Both the position numbers and the translations under genes were made by a program. DNA of 64,000 bases. Source: Chiloscyllium plagiosum. Taxonomy: Eukaryota. Positions within the stretch are counted from its first letter, which is position 1. Every line of letters starts with the position of its first letter. The stretch covers positions 38,874,887 to 38,938,886 of the forward strand of contig NC_057719.1 of NCBI RefSeq assembly GCF_004010195.1. The letters run 5' to 3'. Positions 39,641-52,393 of this stretch are shown here, in pieces. The notes under the pieces were generated by a model. It had not been told where the DNA came from. It saw nothing but the letters and a program-made list of their open reading frames with translations, and did not search any database.

Positions 39641-42170
39641 TATCAATAACAGCATGGTGGACTGGTTAATGAGGTTAGCTTGCATGGGATCCAGGGAGAG
39701 CTAGTCAGTTGGATACAAAATTGGCTTGATGGTAGAAGACAGAGGTTGGTGGTAGATGGTTATTGTTCAAACTGGAGGCATGTGATTATTGGTATGCCAC
39801 AATGATCAATGATGGGTCCACTGCTGTTTGTCACTTACTTAAACAATTTGGATGAGAATGTAATAGGCATGTTTAGTAAGTTTGCGGGTCACATCAAAGT
39901 TGATGGTATAGTGGAAAGTGAAAAAGGCTATTTCAGAACACCATGGCATCTTGGTCAATTGGCCAGTGGGCTGAGGAATGGCAAATAAGTTTAATTTAAA
40001 TAATTGCAGTGCATTGCATTTTGATAAGGAAAACCAGGGCAGGACTTAAACAGTTAATGGTAGGACCTTGAGGTGTGTTGTCCAACAGAGAGACCCAAAC
40101 GTGCTGTACATAGTTCCTTGAAAGTGGTGTCTCAGGGTGGTTATAGAAGGCATTTGCCTTCATTGGTCAGAGCACTGAGTACAGGAATTGAGACATCATG
40201 ATACAGCTGTGTAAGATATTGGTAAGGCCACATCTGGAATACTGTGTACAATTCTAGATGCCCTGCTTTAGGAAGGAAGTTATTAAACTTGAAAGGGTGA
40301 AAAATGATCTGCAGGGATGTTACTGAGACTGGAGAGTTTGAGTTATAAGGAGAGGTTGGATAGGATGGGATCTTTTCCCCAGAGTGTAGGAGGCTGAGGG
40401 GTGACCTTATAGATGTTTATAAAATCATGAATGGCATTGATAAGATGAATAGTGAAGGCTTTTTTTCCCCAAGAGTAGGGCAGTCCAGAACTAGAAAGCA
40501 TAGGTTTAAGATGTGAGGAGAAAGATTTAAAAGGGACCTGTGGAACAACGTTTTCACACAGAGAGTGGTGTGTATATGGAACAAGCTGCAAGAGTAAGTG
40601 GTAGAGATGAGTATAATTACAACATTTAAAACACATTTGGATATGTGCACGGATAGGTAAGATTTAGAGCGTTGAATGTGAGCAAATGGGACTAGTCACT
40701 AAGAGTTTCTATAGGTACATGAAGAGAAAGAAATTAGTGAAGACAAGTGTAGGTCCCCTTCAGACAGAAATGGGGGAATGTATAATGGGGACAAAGAAAT
40801 GGCTGAGCAACTGAATACATATTTTGGCTCTGTCTTTACAAAAGAAGATACAAATTAGATACCCACAAATCAAATATCAGAAATGTTAGAGAATGCAAGA
40901 TTTAGTGAGAGGGAAGAACTGAGGAACATTAATATTAGTAGAGAAATGGTGTTGGGAAAATTGAGGGGATTGAAGGCTGATAAATCCCCAGGGCCTGATA
41001 ATCTACATCCCAGAGTACTGAAGGAGGTGGCTTTAGAAATAGTGGATGCATTGGTGGTCAACTTCCAGGATTCTAGAGACTCTGGAAGAGTCCCTGCAGA
41101 TTGGAGGATAGCTAATGTTACTCCAATATTCAAAAAGAGAAGTAGAGAGAAACCAGGGAATTTTTGACCAGTAAGCCAAATGTTGGTAGTGGGGAAAATT
41201 CTCGAATCCATTATCAAAGACTTTATAGCAGAGCATTTAGGGAGCAGAATCAGACAGAGTCAGCATGCAGTTATGAAGGGGAAATCATGCTTGACAAACC
41301 TGTCGGAATTCTATGAAGATATCACTAATAGAGCTCAAGGGGGACCCAGTCGATGTGGTATATTTGGACTTTCAGAAAGCATTTGACAAAGTCCTGAATA
41401 AGAGATCATTGTGCAAGGTTAAAGTGCAGGGGATTGGGGAAAGTCTATTGAGATGGACAGAAAACTGGTTGGCAGAGAGGAAACAAAGAGTAGGTTCCTT
41501 TTCAAATTGGCAGGCAGTAACTAGTGGGGTGCCACAGGAAGCAGTGCTAGGACTCCAGCTATTCACAATATATATTAATGATTTGAATGGGCAAACAAAA
41601 TGTAACATCTCAAAGTTGCAGATGATATCAAGTTGGGTGGGAGGGTGAACTGTGTTGAAGATGCAAAGATGCTTCAGCATGATCTGGACAGGCTGGGTAA
41701 GTGGTAAATCAATGGCAAATGCAGTATAACTTGGATAAATGCGAGGTTATTCACTTTGGAAGCAAAAACAAGAAGCAAGATTATCACCTGAATGGCTGTA
41801 AATTGAGAGAGGGGAGTACGTAGTGGGTCCTGGGGGACCTTGTGCATCAGTTGCTGAAGGTAAGCAGCAGGTGCAGCAGGCGGTAAAGAAGACAAGTGAT
41901 ATGTTGATCTTCATTGTGAGAGGTTTTGAATACAGGAGCAGGGGTGTGTTCTTGCATTTTTATAGGGTCTTGGTGAGGCCACAACCTAGAATATTGTGTA
42001 CAGTTTTGGTCTCCTTTGCTGTTGCTCTTGAGGAAGTGCAGCAAAGATTTACCAGAATGATTTCAGGGATGGTGGGACTGATGTATGACAAAAGATTAAC
42101 AAGGTTTGGATTGTTTTCGCTGGAGTTCAGGTGAGTGAGGGGGGGATCTCATAAAGATTTATAAAATTCT

Positions 42171-42346
42171 GGATGTAGGTTTGCTTGTTGAGCTGGAAGA
42201 TTCACTTTCAGACGTTTCGTCACCATACCAGGTAACATCTTCAGTGAGACTCTGGATGAAGCGGTCTGAAAATGAACCTTCCAGCTCAGTGAGCAAACCT
42301 ACATCCAGAACCTCAACTTGATCTATAATCTTCTCAAAACCCGCTA
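42171..42346. mobile_element. 176-bp fold-back PLE mini-insertion inside CR1
   Basis: Inverted arms, a one-sided tail, and a 14-bp TSD ATTTAT(A/T)AAATTCT (42157-42170 and 42347-42360). Confidence 0.9.
42208..42247 (-). ncRNA. Minimal type I hammerhead ribozyme motif (intact core)
   Basis: Minus strand reads TCA-CTGAAGA-T-GTTACC-TGGTAT-GGTGAC-GAAA-C-GTC-TGA. Confidence 0.85.
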
Positions 42347-43061
42347 ATTTATTAAATTCTAACAAGACTAGACAGGGTAGATGCATGGACGATGTTCCTG
42401 ATGGTGGGTGCCTCCCGATCCAGGGATCACAATCTGAGGATTTGGAGTGGATCATTTAGGATGAAGATGAGGAAACATTTCTTTACCCAAAGAGTGGTGG
42501 GCTTGCAGAATGCATTACCAAAGGATTTAGTTGATGTCAAAACATTAATGTATTCAAGGGGCGGCTAGATATAGCACTTAGGGCGAATGGGACCAAAAGT
42601 TATGGGGAGAAAGCAGGATTAGGCTGTTGAGTTAGACAATCAGCCATGATCGTGATGAATGGAGAGCAGGCTCAAAGGGCCAAATGGCCTCCTCCTGCTC
42701 CCATCTTCTATGTTTTGATGTTTCTATGTTAGTTCAGTTTAGGAAACCTGTTGGCATGGATGGGTTGAGCTGAAGGGTCTGTTTCCATGCTGTATGAATC
42801 TATGATTCGGCATTGAAACTTATCTGTCAACAATCTGCCCACTCCACCAACTTGTCTATGTTCTTCTGGAGTTTTACACTTTTTCTTCACAGTTTACAAT
42901 TCTTCCAAGTATCTGGAAACACTAAAATTGCCCACTGCATATCAATATCTACATAATTAATATTTATCAAGAAGAACAAGTTCCCAATTTTGACCCCTGG
43001 GAAACTCCACTACAAATCATCCTCTTGCCCAAAAAATGTCCATTGACCATTACTTCCTGTT

Positions 43062-43192
43062 GGGGTAAAAACAATGACTGCAGATGCTGGAAACCAGATT
43101 CTGGATTAGTGGTGCTGGAAGAGCACAGCAGTTCAGGCAGCATCCGAGGAGCAGTGAAATCGATGTTTCGGGCAAAAGCCCTTCATCAGGAA
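43062..43192 (-). mobile_element. 131-bp monomeric hammerhead-headed PLE-derived element
   Basis: Minus strand starts TTC-CTGATGA-A-GGGC-TTTT-GCCC-GAAAC-ATC. Perfect 11-bp TSD TACTTCCTGTT (43051-43061 and 43193-43203). Confidence 0.9.
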
Positions 43193-44157
43193 TACTTCCT
43201 GTTTCCTATTGCTCAGTAAGATTTTTTAGTTTTATCCTTTTGTTAGCTTTGTAACATTTAGTCTTGATTTTTGTTGTTTTCATTGGTTTTTCTTCTCTTT
43301 GCCCCTCCCTGCCAATCTCCGACACTCATTGCTCATATTAATATTTTCCTCTTTTTGGTTTACTCTCTGCTATACCACCTTTTCCAACATTTGATCCTTT
43401 GCTCCACTCTCTCACCTTAGTCACAGTCTCACCAACAAACCACAAAGTTTCCTGTCATTAGCTACATCCTTATCTAAACATCCAATCAATTTCATCCCTT
43501 CTCATCCCAGAGCTACATCAGCCATGAAAATTATCATTGAATTCAGTGCAGTCCATCCTCATACTTACATGAAATATGATGCAGTAATGTTTCCAACATT
43601 CCTTTGAACCTTATGAAGTTTCATAAATGTTGGGGTGCTTTTGCTCAGAATTCATCACCTTTTAATTCATTGCTACATTATCAAGATGCCAATATTAGTT
43701 TTCCAAACACTAATGGCTTGGTACAATTTGACCCGCATTTGCCACCGAAGCACATTCGCTTTACAAATGAGTGATGAATTGAATATGAATGAAATGTAGC
43801 AGCAGCTTGCAAACAGATGCTTTATATATTTGTCCCTTCAATGGACTAGTGGCTAGTGGATGAGCAGATGTGGATTCCTGGCTTTCAGTCATAAAAGTGA
43901 CACTGATTGTGCCCAGCCCGAGCGTTGTCCCTGCCATTTCCAATTGCATTTCACATCCAGAGAACAGCAAGTGATGACAGGAAACACAACTCAAAACAGA
44001 TACCACCAATACTGGACTCTGTCTGGTCTTAAGATATCTCCCCACTCCCAGAGCCTCCATGCCCCTTCTACGCCCCACCACTCTGCAACCCATTTCCATC
44101 AATCCTTCCCCAATATGGACATCCATCACGTTGAACTTCACCTCCAACTGTCCTCAC

Positions 44158-44657
44158 TCATAGAGTTATAGAGATGTACAGCATGGAAACAGACCCTTCG
44201 GTCCAACTTGTCCATGCCCCAGATATCCTAACCCAATCCAGTCCCACCTGCCAGCACTCGGCCCATATCTCTCCAAACCTTTCCTATTCATATACCTATC
44301 CAGGTGCTTTTTAAATGTTGCAATTGTACCAGCCTCCATCACTTCCTCTGGCAGCTCATTCCATACACGTACCACCCTCTGTGTGAAAAAGTTGCCTCTT
44401 AGGTCTCTTTTATATCTTTCCCCTCTCATCCTAAACCCATGCCCTCTAGTTCAGGAATCCGCCACGCCAGGGAAAAGACTTCGTCTATTTATCCTATCCA
44501 TGTCCCTCATGATTTTATAAACCTCTATAAGGTCACTCCTCAGCCTCCAATGCACCAGGGAAAACAGCCCTAGCCTATTCAACCTCTCTCTATAGCTCAA
44601 ATCCTCCAACCTTGGCAACATCCTTGTAAATCTTTTCTGAATCCTTTCAAGTTTCAC
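44158..44657 (-). mobile_element. CR1 LINE 3' end
   Basis: 'VKLERIQKRFTRMLP', 'FFTQRVVRVWNELP' and the 3' UTR. Confidence 0.94.
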
Positions 44658-44829
44658 GCGTTTCCCTGCCTTCTGAAACATGACATTGCATGTTGATGAC
44701 ATCTACTGTGCTTCATTGCATTCCCCCTTTGTAAGCCACAGTGGTCATTGCCAGAATCTGATAGTCATTATGGAGACATTACTGTAGGATGAAAAGGATG
44801 GAATCAAGAAGAATAGGAATGCAAAATTT

Positions 44830-45520
44830 CAAGATTCAAAGTCACTTAAGTATTCCTGTGCATGCGTTTCAAAAGATTAGTATGTAGATACAAACACAAT
44901 CAAGAAAGCTGATGGAATGCTATGCTTTATTATGAAAGGAATTGAACATATAAAATAAGGGTGTGATGTTTCAGTTATACAGGTCATTGGTGAGACCTCT
45001 TCTCAAATATTATGGCTTTTTAGTTGGTAAAGTGGATTGGAGCTGGTTCACATGTGGATTTCTACATTGATACCTGGAATGAGTGGTTTATTTTGTGGAT
45101 ATGTTGAATCGGTTGAGCTTCTAGAAACTGGAGTTTAGAAGAGTGAAAGATGACTTGATTGATCCTGATTCATGAGAAGGTGGACGTGCATAGGATGTTT
45201 CTTTTTGACAGGTCAATCTAGAACTGAGGAACTGTTTTAAAATTAGGAGTTGCACTTTGAAGATGGAGGTGTGGAGAATTTTTTTCTCTCAGAGGGCATG
45301 AGAATTTGGAACTCTCTGCCTCAGAGGGTGGTATACTCAAGGTCATTAAATATTTTTAGGACAGAGGTGGATTGGTTCCTCTTGAGAAAAGGAGTGAAAG
45401 GTTATCAGGAGTCGATGGGAATGAGGAATTTGAAACACAAACAGCTATGATTTATATTGAATGGCGCATCAGGTTCAAGAGGCTGAATGGTCTACTTCTG
45501 CTCATATTTCGTATGTCTCT
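44830..45520 (+). mobile_element. Degraded CR1 LINE 3' part
   Basis: 'RIWNSLPQRVV...IFRTEVDWFL' followed by the 3' UTR. Confidence 0.8.
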
Positions 45521-45994
45521 ACATTTTGTGCCAAGGACTCCATTGCACCCTAGAATCCTCCATGTAATGAAAGAAATTGAAATATCTTTCTGGAAAATAA
45601 CTTTCTAATCTTAGAGCAGTAGAATCAGCTTCATAGATAATGTGTGGATTGCTGTGAGGAGGCTGTAAAAGTTCAACCCCCATTTGGAATGAGGCGATCA
45701 ATCAAAACCAATTGACTACACAAGCAATTCCTTCAGTGAAATCATCGGATGCCTGAAGGATTATCAGTAAAGCAACCAACCTCAGCTGCTTGCCATTGAT
45801 TTGGGGAATGTTATTAGGTTATGTATTGGGAACCAATGGAAATAATTTACAATGTATTTATTATCAATTGACCAACAGAATCTAGGTACAACAGGGATTG
45901 TCACTAGTCTGGGAAAAAAATCCCCTTTTCAGACCAAGAGGCTCCGTTTTGGGATTGCTTTGTCTAATGTGTTCACAAATCACATTTATTCACA

Positions 45995-46940
45995 TCTGCC
46001 CAACAATGTGAAAAATTGACCAGATATAAACTGTACACAAAAAGGAGGACAAATCCAATACAGCCAGTTACCACCCCATTAGTCTACTCTTGATCATCAT
46101 TAAAGTGATGGAAGAGGTCATCAACAATGTTATGAGCAACACCTGCTCAGCAATAATCTGCTCAAAAATACTGAGTTTGGGTTCCACCAGGGCGACTCAA
46201 CTTCAGACATCATTACAATCTTGGTTCAAACATGGACAAAAGAGCTTAATTCTAGAGATAAGGTGAGTTTGCCAGCCCTTGACATCAAGGCCCCATTTAA
46301 CTAAGTATCAAGGAGCTCAAACAAAAATAGAATCAATGGGTTTCATTTATATAGTGACAAGAGCAGGTCAGAGGCTAGGAATAGTGTGGCGAGTAACTCA
46401 CCTCCTGACTCCTCAAAACCTGTCCACCATCTATAATAAACAAGTTAAGATTATGATGGAATATTTCTTACTTTCCTGCATCTCCAACAACACTCAAGAA
46501 ACTTGACCCCATCCAGGACAAAGCAGCCTGCTTAATTGACACCATATCCACAAACTTTATAGCATCACAGATGCTCTATAGCAGTAGTGTGTACTACCTT
46601 CAAGATTCAGTGCAGAAATTCACCAAAGATCCTTAGACAGCACCTTCCAAACACACAAGCACTTCCATCTAGAAGGATAAGGGCAGCTGACAGGTGAAAA
46701 CACCACTAACTGCAAATTCCACTTCAAGCCACTCAGCATTCTGACTTGGAAATATATTACTGTTCCTTCACTGTCGCTGGATCAAACTCCTGAATTCCAT
46801 CCCTAAGTGCATTGTGGGTCAACCTTTAGCATGTGGACTGCATCAGTTCAAGAAGGCAGCTCACCACGAGCTTCTCAAGGGCAACTAAGTATAGGCAATA
46901 AATGCTGACCCATCCAGTGACACCCGCATCCCACAAGTGA
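45995..46940 (+). mobile_element. Degraded CR1/L2-group LINE, distinct family, internally deleted
   Basis: 'KSNTASYHPISLLLIIIKVME' RT N-terminal motif. Its 3' end CAAGGGCAACT...GGCAATAAATGCTG is shared with the DeuSINE-like SINEs. Confidence 0.8.
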
Positions 46941-47246
46941 TGAGTCAAATCTGATTGAAATCCTAGGCCAGAATGTTCCGTGTTTTCAGGTTAAGTCCAA
47001 AAACAGGACTTGCAGAAAATCACCCATCCTACCTTGGTGAGAAAGTCCACTGAATCTTCTGGCATTCAACAACTGATTGCCTGCAAGAATAACAACGCTA
47101 CAAGAGGTCTCATAAGAGGTAGCACAATGGCTTAGCACTGCTGCATTCTAAAACAGAAGTATATTGCACACTTGAATCCACACTGCATTGTTAATGAGAG
47201 TACAAGGGAAGTTACAGGCACAGATTTCCTTGTGGTATTGGGGTGT

Positions 47247-48333
47247 TATAGAGTCATAGAGTCATAGAGATGGAAACAGACCCTTCGGTCCAACCCATCC
47301 ATGCCGACCAGATATCCCAACCCAATCGTCCAACCTGCCAGCACCCTGCCCATATCTCTCCAAACCCTTCCTATTCATATACCCATCCATATGCCTCTTA
47401 AATGTTGCAATTGTACCAGCCTCCACCAAATCCTCTGGCAGCTCATTCCATACACGTACCACCCTCTGCATGAAAATGTTGCCCTTTAGGTCTCTTTTAT
47501 ATCTTTCCCCTCTCACCCTAAACCTATGCCCCAGGGAAAAGACTTGCCTATTTACCCTATCCATGCCCCTCATAATTTTGTAAACCTCTATAAGGTTACC
47601 TCTCAGCCTCCGACGCTCCAGGAAAATGCCCCAGCCTGTTCAGCTTCTCCCTATAACTCAGTTCCTCCAACCATGGCAACATCCTTGTAAATCTTTTCTG
47701 AACCCTTTCAAGTTTCACAACATCCTTACGATAGGAAGGAGATCAGAATTGCACACAATATTCCAACAGTGGCCTAACCAATGTCCTGTACAGCCGCAAC
47801 ATGACCTCCCAACTCCTGTACTCAATACTCTGACCAATAAAGGAAAGCATACCAAACGCCTTCTTCACTATCCTATCTACCTGCGACTCCACTTTCAAGA
47901 AGCTATGAATCTGCACAAGGTCTCTTTATTCAGCAACACTCCCTAGGACTTTACCATTAAGTGTGTAAATCCTGTTAAGATTTGCTTTCCCAAAATGCAG
48001 CACCTTGCATTTATCTGAATTAAACTCCATCTGCCACTTCTCAGCCCATTGGCCCATCTGGTCCAGATCCTGTTGTAATCTGAGGTAACCCTCTTTGCTG
48101 TCCACTACACCTCCAATTTTGGTGTCATCTGCAAACTTACTAACTGTACCTCTTATGCTCGCAACCAAATCACTTATGTAAATGACAAAAAGTAGAGGGC
48201 CCAGCATCGATCCTTTTGGCATTCCACTGGTCACAGGCCTCCAGTCTGAAAAACAACTCTTCACCACCACCCCTCTGTCTTCTTCCTTTGAGCCCGTTCT
48301 GTATCCAAATGGCGAGTTCTCCATGTATTCCAT
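47247..48333 (-). mobile_element. CR1 LINE (RT to 3' UTR)
   Basis: 'SKFADDTKIGG' and 'QRVVRVWNELP'; tail repeat GACTCTAT. Confidence 0.94.
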
Positions 48334-48655
48334 GTTGTGGGGACAAGGCTTAAAGAAGGGCAGAGCCGGGTGTTAAATAATCCTAGTTACAAAGTTTTTA
48401 AAAAGAAAGAAAGAAAGGAAAAAGGAGGTGGGATGACCTTTTTGGTTAATGGAGTAAAAGGACGTTTTTGAGGGTTCAAGGGCAGAAACAGTTTTGGCTG
48501 AAGCTAAAACGCAAGGTGAGAAAAATAAAGTGTTTTGAATGGAATACTACCTGGAACTAAAGTGGAGGCAGGTTCAATTGAAGCATTCAAGAGGATATTG
48601 AATGATTATTTCAATAGGAACAATGTTATGGGAAAAGGCAGGAGAAGGCAGGAAG

Positions 48656-51600
48656 GATAAGGGAGATAGGCAGCTAGTGCAGGAGTTTTGGAAAATGTAG
48701 GGGGTGATGGATTCTCAGGGGCACGTAGCACGAACAGCCAAGTTTTTGGTATTGAGACTGGCTCTAATGCAACGAGGGGTACATCGGCTTCCAAGAGATC
48801 AATTGTGTTAGGGGATTCTGTAGTCAGACGGTTCTGTGGCCAGCAAAGAAAAAGCAGAATGATGTGTTGTTTCCCTGGTGCTCGGATCAAGGATGTCTCA
48901 GAGAGGGTGCAGAATGTTCTCGGGGGGAGAGGGGCNNNNNNNNNNNNNNNNNNNNNNNNNNNNNNNNNNNNNNNNNNNNNNNNNNNNNNNNNNNNNNNNN
49001 NNNNNNNNNNNNNNNNNNNNNNNNNNNNNNNNNNNNNNNNNNNNNNNNNNNNNNNNNNNNNNNNNNNNNNNNNNNNNNNNNNNNNNNNNNNNNNNNNNNN
49101 NNNNNNNNNNNNNNNNNNNNNNNNNNNNNNNNNNNNNNNNNNNNNNNNNNNNNNNNNNNNNNNNNNNNNNNNNNNNNNNNNNNNNNNNNNNNNNNNNNNN
49201 NNNNNNNNNNNNNNNNNNNNNNNNNNNNNNNNNNNNNNNNNNNNNNNNNNNNNNNNNNNNNNNNNNNNNNNNNNNNNNNNNNNNNNNNNNNNNNNNNNNN
49301 NNNNNNNNNNNNNNNNNNNNNNNNNNNNNNNNNNNNNNNNNNNNNNNNNNNNNNNNNNNNNNNNNNNNNNNNNNNNNNNNNNNNNNNNNNNNNNNNNNNN
49401 NNNNNNNNNNNNNNNNNNNNNNNNNNNNNNNNNNNNNNNNNNNNNNNNNNNNNNNNNNNNNNNNNNNNNNNNNNNNNNNNNNNNNNNNNNNNNNNNNNNN
49501 NNNNNNNNNNNNNNNNNNNNNNNNNNNNNNNNNNNNNNNNNNNNNNNNNNNNNNNNNNNGAAATTGAGAAACAAACTTGTAAGGAGATCTCAGCTATCTG
49601 TAAGAATAATAGGGTAGTTATGGGAGGGGATTTTAACTTTCCAAACATCAACTGGGCATGCCGTAAGTGTTAAAGGTTTAGATGGAGAGGAATTTCTTAA
49701 GTGTGTACAAGACAATTTTCTGATTCACTATGTGGATGTACCTACTAGAGAAAGTGCAAAACTTGACCTACTCTTGGGAAATAAGGCAGGGCAGGTGACT
49801 GAGGTGTCAGTGAGGGAGCACTTTGGGACCAGCGACCATAATTCTATTTGTTTTAAAATAGTGATGGAAAAGGACAGACCAGATCTAAAAGTTGAAGTTC
49901 CAAATTGGATAAAGGCCAATTTTGATGGTATTAGGCAAGAACTTTCGAAAGCTGACTGGAGGTAGATGTTCGCAGATAAAGGGACGGCTGGAAAATGGGA
50001 AGCCTTCAGAAATGAGATAACAAGAATCCAGAGAAAGTACATTCCTGTCAGGGTGAAATGCAAGGCTGGTAGGTATAGGGAATGCTGGATGACTAAAGAA
50101 ATTGAGGGTTTCGTTAAGAAAAAGGAAGGATATGTCAGGTATAGACAGGATAGATCGAGTGAACCCTTAGAAGAGTATAAAGAAAGTAGGAGTATACTTA
50201 AGAGGGAAATCAGGAGGGCAAAACGGGGACATGAGATAGCTTTGGCAAATAAAATTAAGGAGAATCCAAAGGGTTTTTCTCAAAGATCAGCAAGGTGGCC
50301 TTTGTGTGGAGCCACAGAAAATGGGGGAGGTACTAAATGAATAATTTGCATCAGTAATTCCTGTGGAAAAGGATATGGAAGATATAGACTGTAGGGAAAT
50401 AGATGGTGACATCTTGCAAAATGTCCAGATTACAGAGGAGGAAGTGCTGGATGTTTTGAAACGGTTAAACGTGGACAAATCCCCAGGACCTGATTAGGTG
50501 TACCCTAGAACTCTGTAGGAAGCTAGAGAAGTGATTGCTGGGCCCCTTATATTTGTAGCATCGATAGTCACAGGTGAGGTGCCGGAAGACTGGAGGTTGG
50601 CAAACATTGTGCCACTGTTTAAGAAGGGCGGTAAAGACAAGCCAGGGAACTATAGACCGGTGAGCCTGACCTTGGTGGTGGGCAAGTTGTTGGAGGGAAT
50701 CTGAGGGACAGGATGTACATGTATTTGATTAGATTAGATTAGATTAGATTCCCTACAGTGTGGAAACAGGCCCTTCGGCCCAACAAGTCCACACCGACCC
50801 GCCGAAGCGTAACCCACCCAGACCCATTCTCCTACAATTACCCCTTCACCCAACACTACGGGCAATTTAGTGTGGCCAATTCACCTGACCTGCACATTTT
50901 TGGATTGTGGGAGGAAACCGGAGCACCCGGAGGAAACCCATGCAGACACGGGGAGAATGTGCAAGGCAAGGACTGATTCGGGATAGTCAACATGGTGTTG
51001 TGTGTGCGAAATCATGTCTCACAAACTTGATTGAGTTTTTGAAAAAGTAACAAAGAGGATTGATGAGGGCAGAGCAGTAGATGTGATCTATATGGACTTC
51101 AGTAAGGTGTTCGACCAGGTTCCCCATGGGAGACTGATTAGCAAGGTTAGATCTCATGGAATGCAGGGAGAACTAGCCATTTGGATACAGAACTGGCTCA
51201 AAGGTAGAAGACAGAGGGTGGTGGTGGAGGGTTGTTTTTCAGACTGGAGGCCTGTGACCAGTGGAGTGCCACAAGGATCAGTGCTGGGTCCTCTACTTTT
51301 TGTCATTTACATAAATGATTTGGATGTGAGCATAAGAGGTACAGTTAGTAAGTTTGCAGATGACACCAAAATTGGAGGTGTAGTGGACAGCAAAGAGGGT
51401 TACCTCAGATTACAACAGGATCTGGACCAGATGGGCCAATGGGCTGAGAAGTGGCAGATGGAGTTTAATTCAGATAAATGCGAGGTGTTGCATTTTTGGA
51501 AAGCAAATCATAGCAGGACTTATACATTTAATGGTAAGGTCCTAGGTAGTGTTGCTGAACAAAGAGACCTTGGAGTGCAGGTTGTAGATAGGTTAGTGAA

Positions 51601-52240
51601 GAAGGCATTTGGTATGCTTTCCTTTATTTGTCAGAGTATTGAGTACAGGAGTTGGGAGGTCATGTTGTGGCTATACAGGACATCGGGTAGGCCACTGTTG
51701 GAATATTGCGTGCAATTCTGGTCTCCTTCCTATCGGAAAGATGTTGTGAAACTTGAAAGGGTTCAGAAAAGATTTACAAGGATGTTGCCAGGGTTGGAGG
51801 ATCTGAGCTACAGGGAGAGGCTGAACTGGCTGGGGTTGTTTTCCCTGGAGCGTCGGAGACTGAGGGGTGACCTTATAGAGGTTTACAAAATTATGAGGGG
51901 CATGGATAGGATAAATAGATAAAGTCTATGGGACTCCAGAACTAGTGGGCATAGGTTTAGGGTGAGAGGGGAAAGATATAAAAGAGACCTAAAGGGCAAC
52001 TTTTTCACGCAGAGGGTGTTACGTGTATGGAATGAGCTGCCAGAGAATGTGGTGGAGGCTGATACAATTGCAACATTTAAGAGGCATTTGGATGGGTATA
52101 TGAATATGAAGGGTTTGGAGGGACATGGGCCGGGCGCGGGCAGGTGGGACTAGATTGGGTTGGGATATCTGGTTGGCATGGACGGGTTGGACCGAAGAGT
52201 CTGTTTCCATGCTGTACATCTCTGTGACTCTATGGCTCTA
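48656..52240 (+). mobile_element. Near-complete CR1 LINE: SGNH/esterase-like ORF1 and EN-RT ORF2, disrupted
   Basis: ORF1 'IVLGDSVVR...CCFPGARIKDV'; EN 'GDFNFPNINW' and 'SDH'; RT 'GVPQGSVLGPLLF' and 'FADDTK'; 3' UTR. Stops, frameshifts and an N gap are present. Confidence 0.94.
50728..50962 (-). mobile_element. HE1-type V-SINE (5'-truncated) nested in CR1
   Basis: (ATTAG)n tail and V-domain GAGGAAACCGGAGCACCCGGAGGAAACCCA. Confidence 0.9.
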
Positions 52241-52353
52241 GGAGACTGGCACTAATTTAAAATGATCAGAGAACGAGTGCAGACTTTGTGAGAAGATTTG
52301 TAGCTTGGGTGCTCGTTGTTGTGGTTCTGTTCGCCGAGCTGGGAATTTCTGTT

Positions 52354-52393
52354 GCAGACATTTCGTCCCCTGTCCAGGTGACATCCTCAGTGC
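52354..52393 (-). ncRNA. Minimal type I hammerhead ribozyme motif
   Basis: Minus strand reads GCA-CTGAGGA-T-GTCACCT-GGAC-AGGGGAC-GAAA-T-GTC-TGC. Confidence 0.72.

Larger units (their letters stand above)
39650..42810 (+). mobile_element. Two nested CR1 LINEs: 39650-40697 plus 42730-42810, interrupted by 40698-42729
   Basis: The 3' UTR of the first copy breaks at GGGACTAG and resumes at AGTTCAGTTTAGG. The second copy has 'KSPGPDNLHPRVLKEVA', 'DFQKAFDKV', 'GVPQEAVLG' and its own tail TTTCTATG. Confidence 0.88.

Noticed and set aside
4769..49673. Long ORFs containing X runs (at about 5, 9, 32 and 49 kb)
   Set aside because: Their length is an artefact of N gaps; the real parts are CR1 or PLE fragments.
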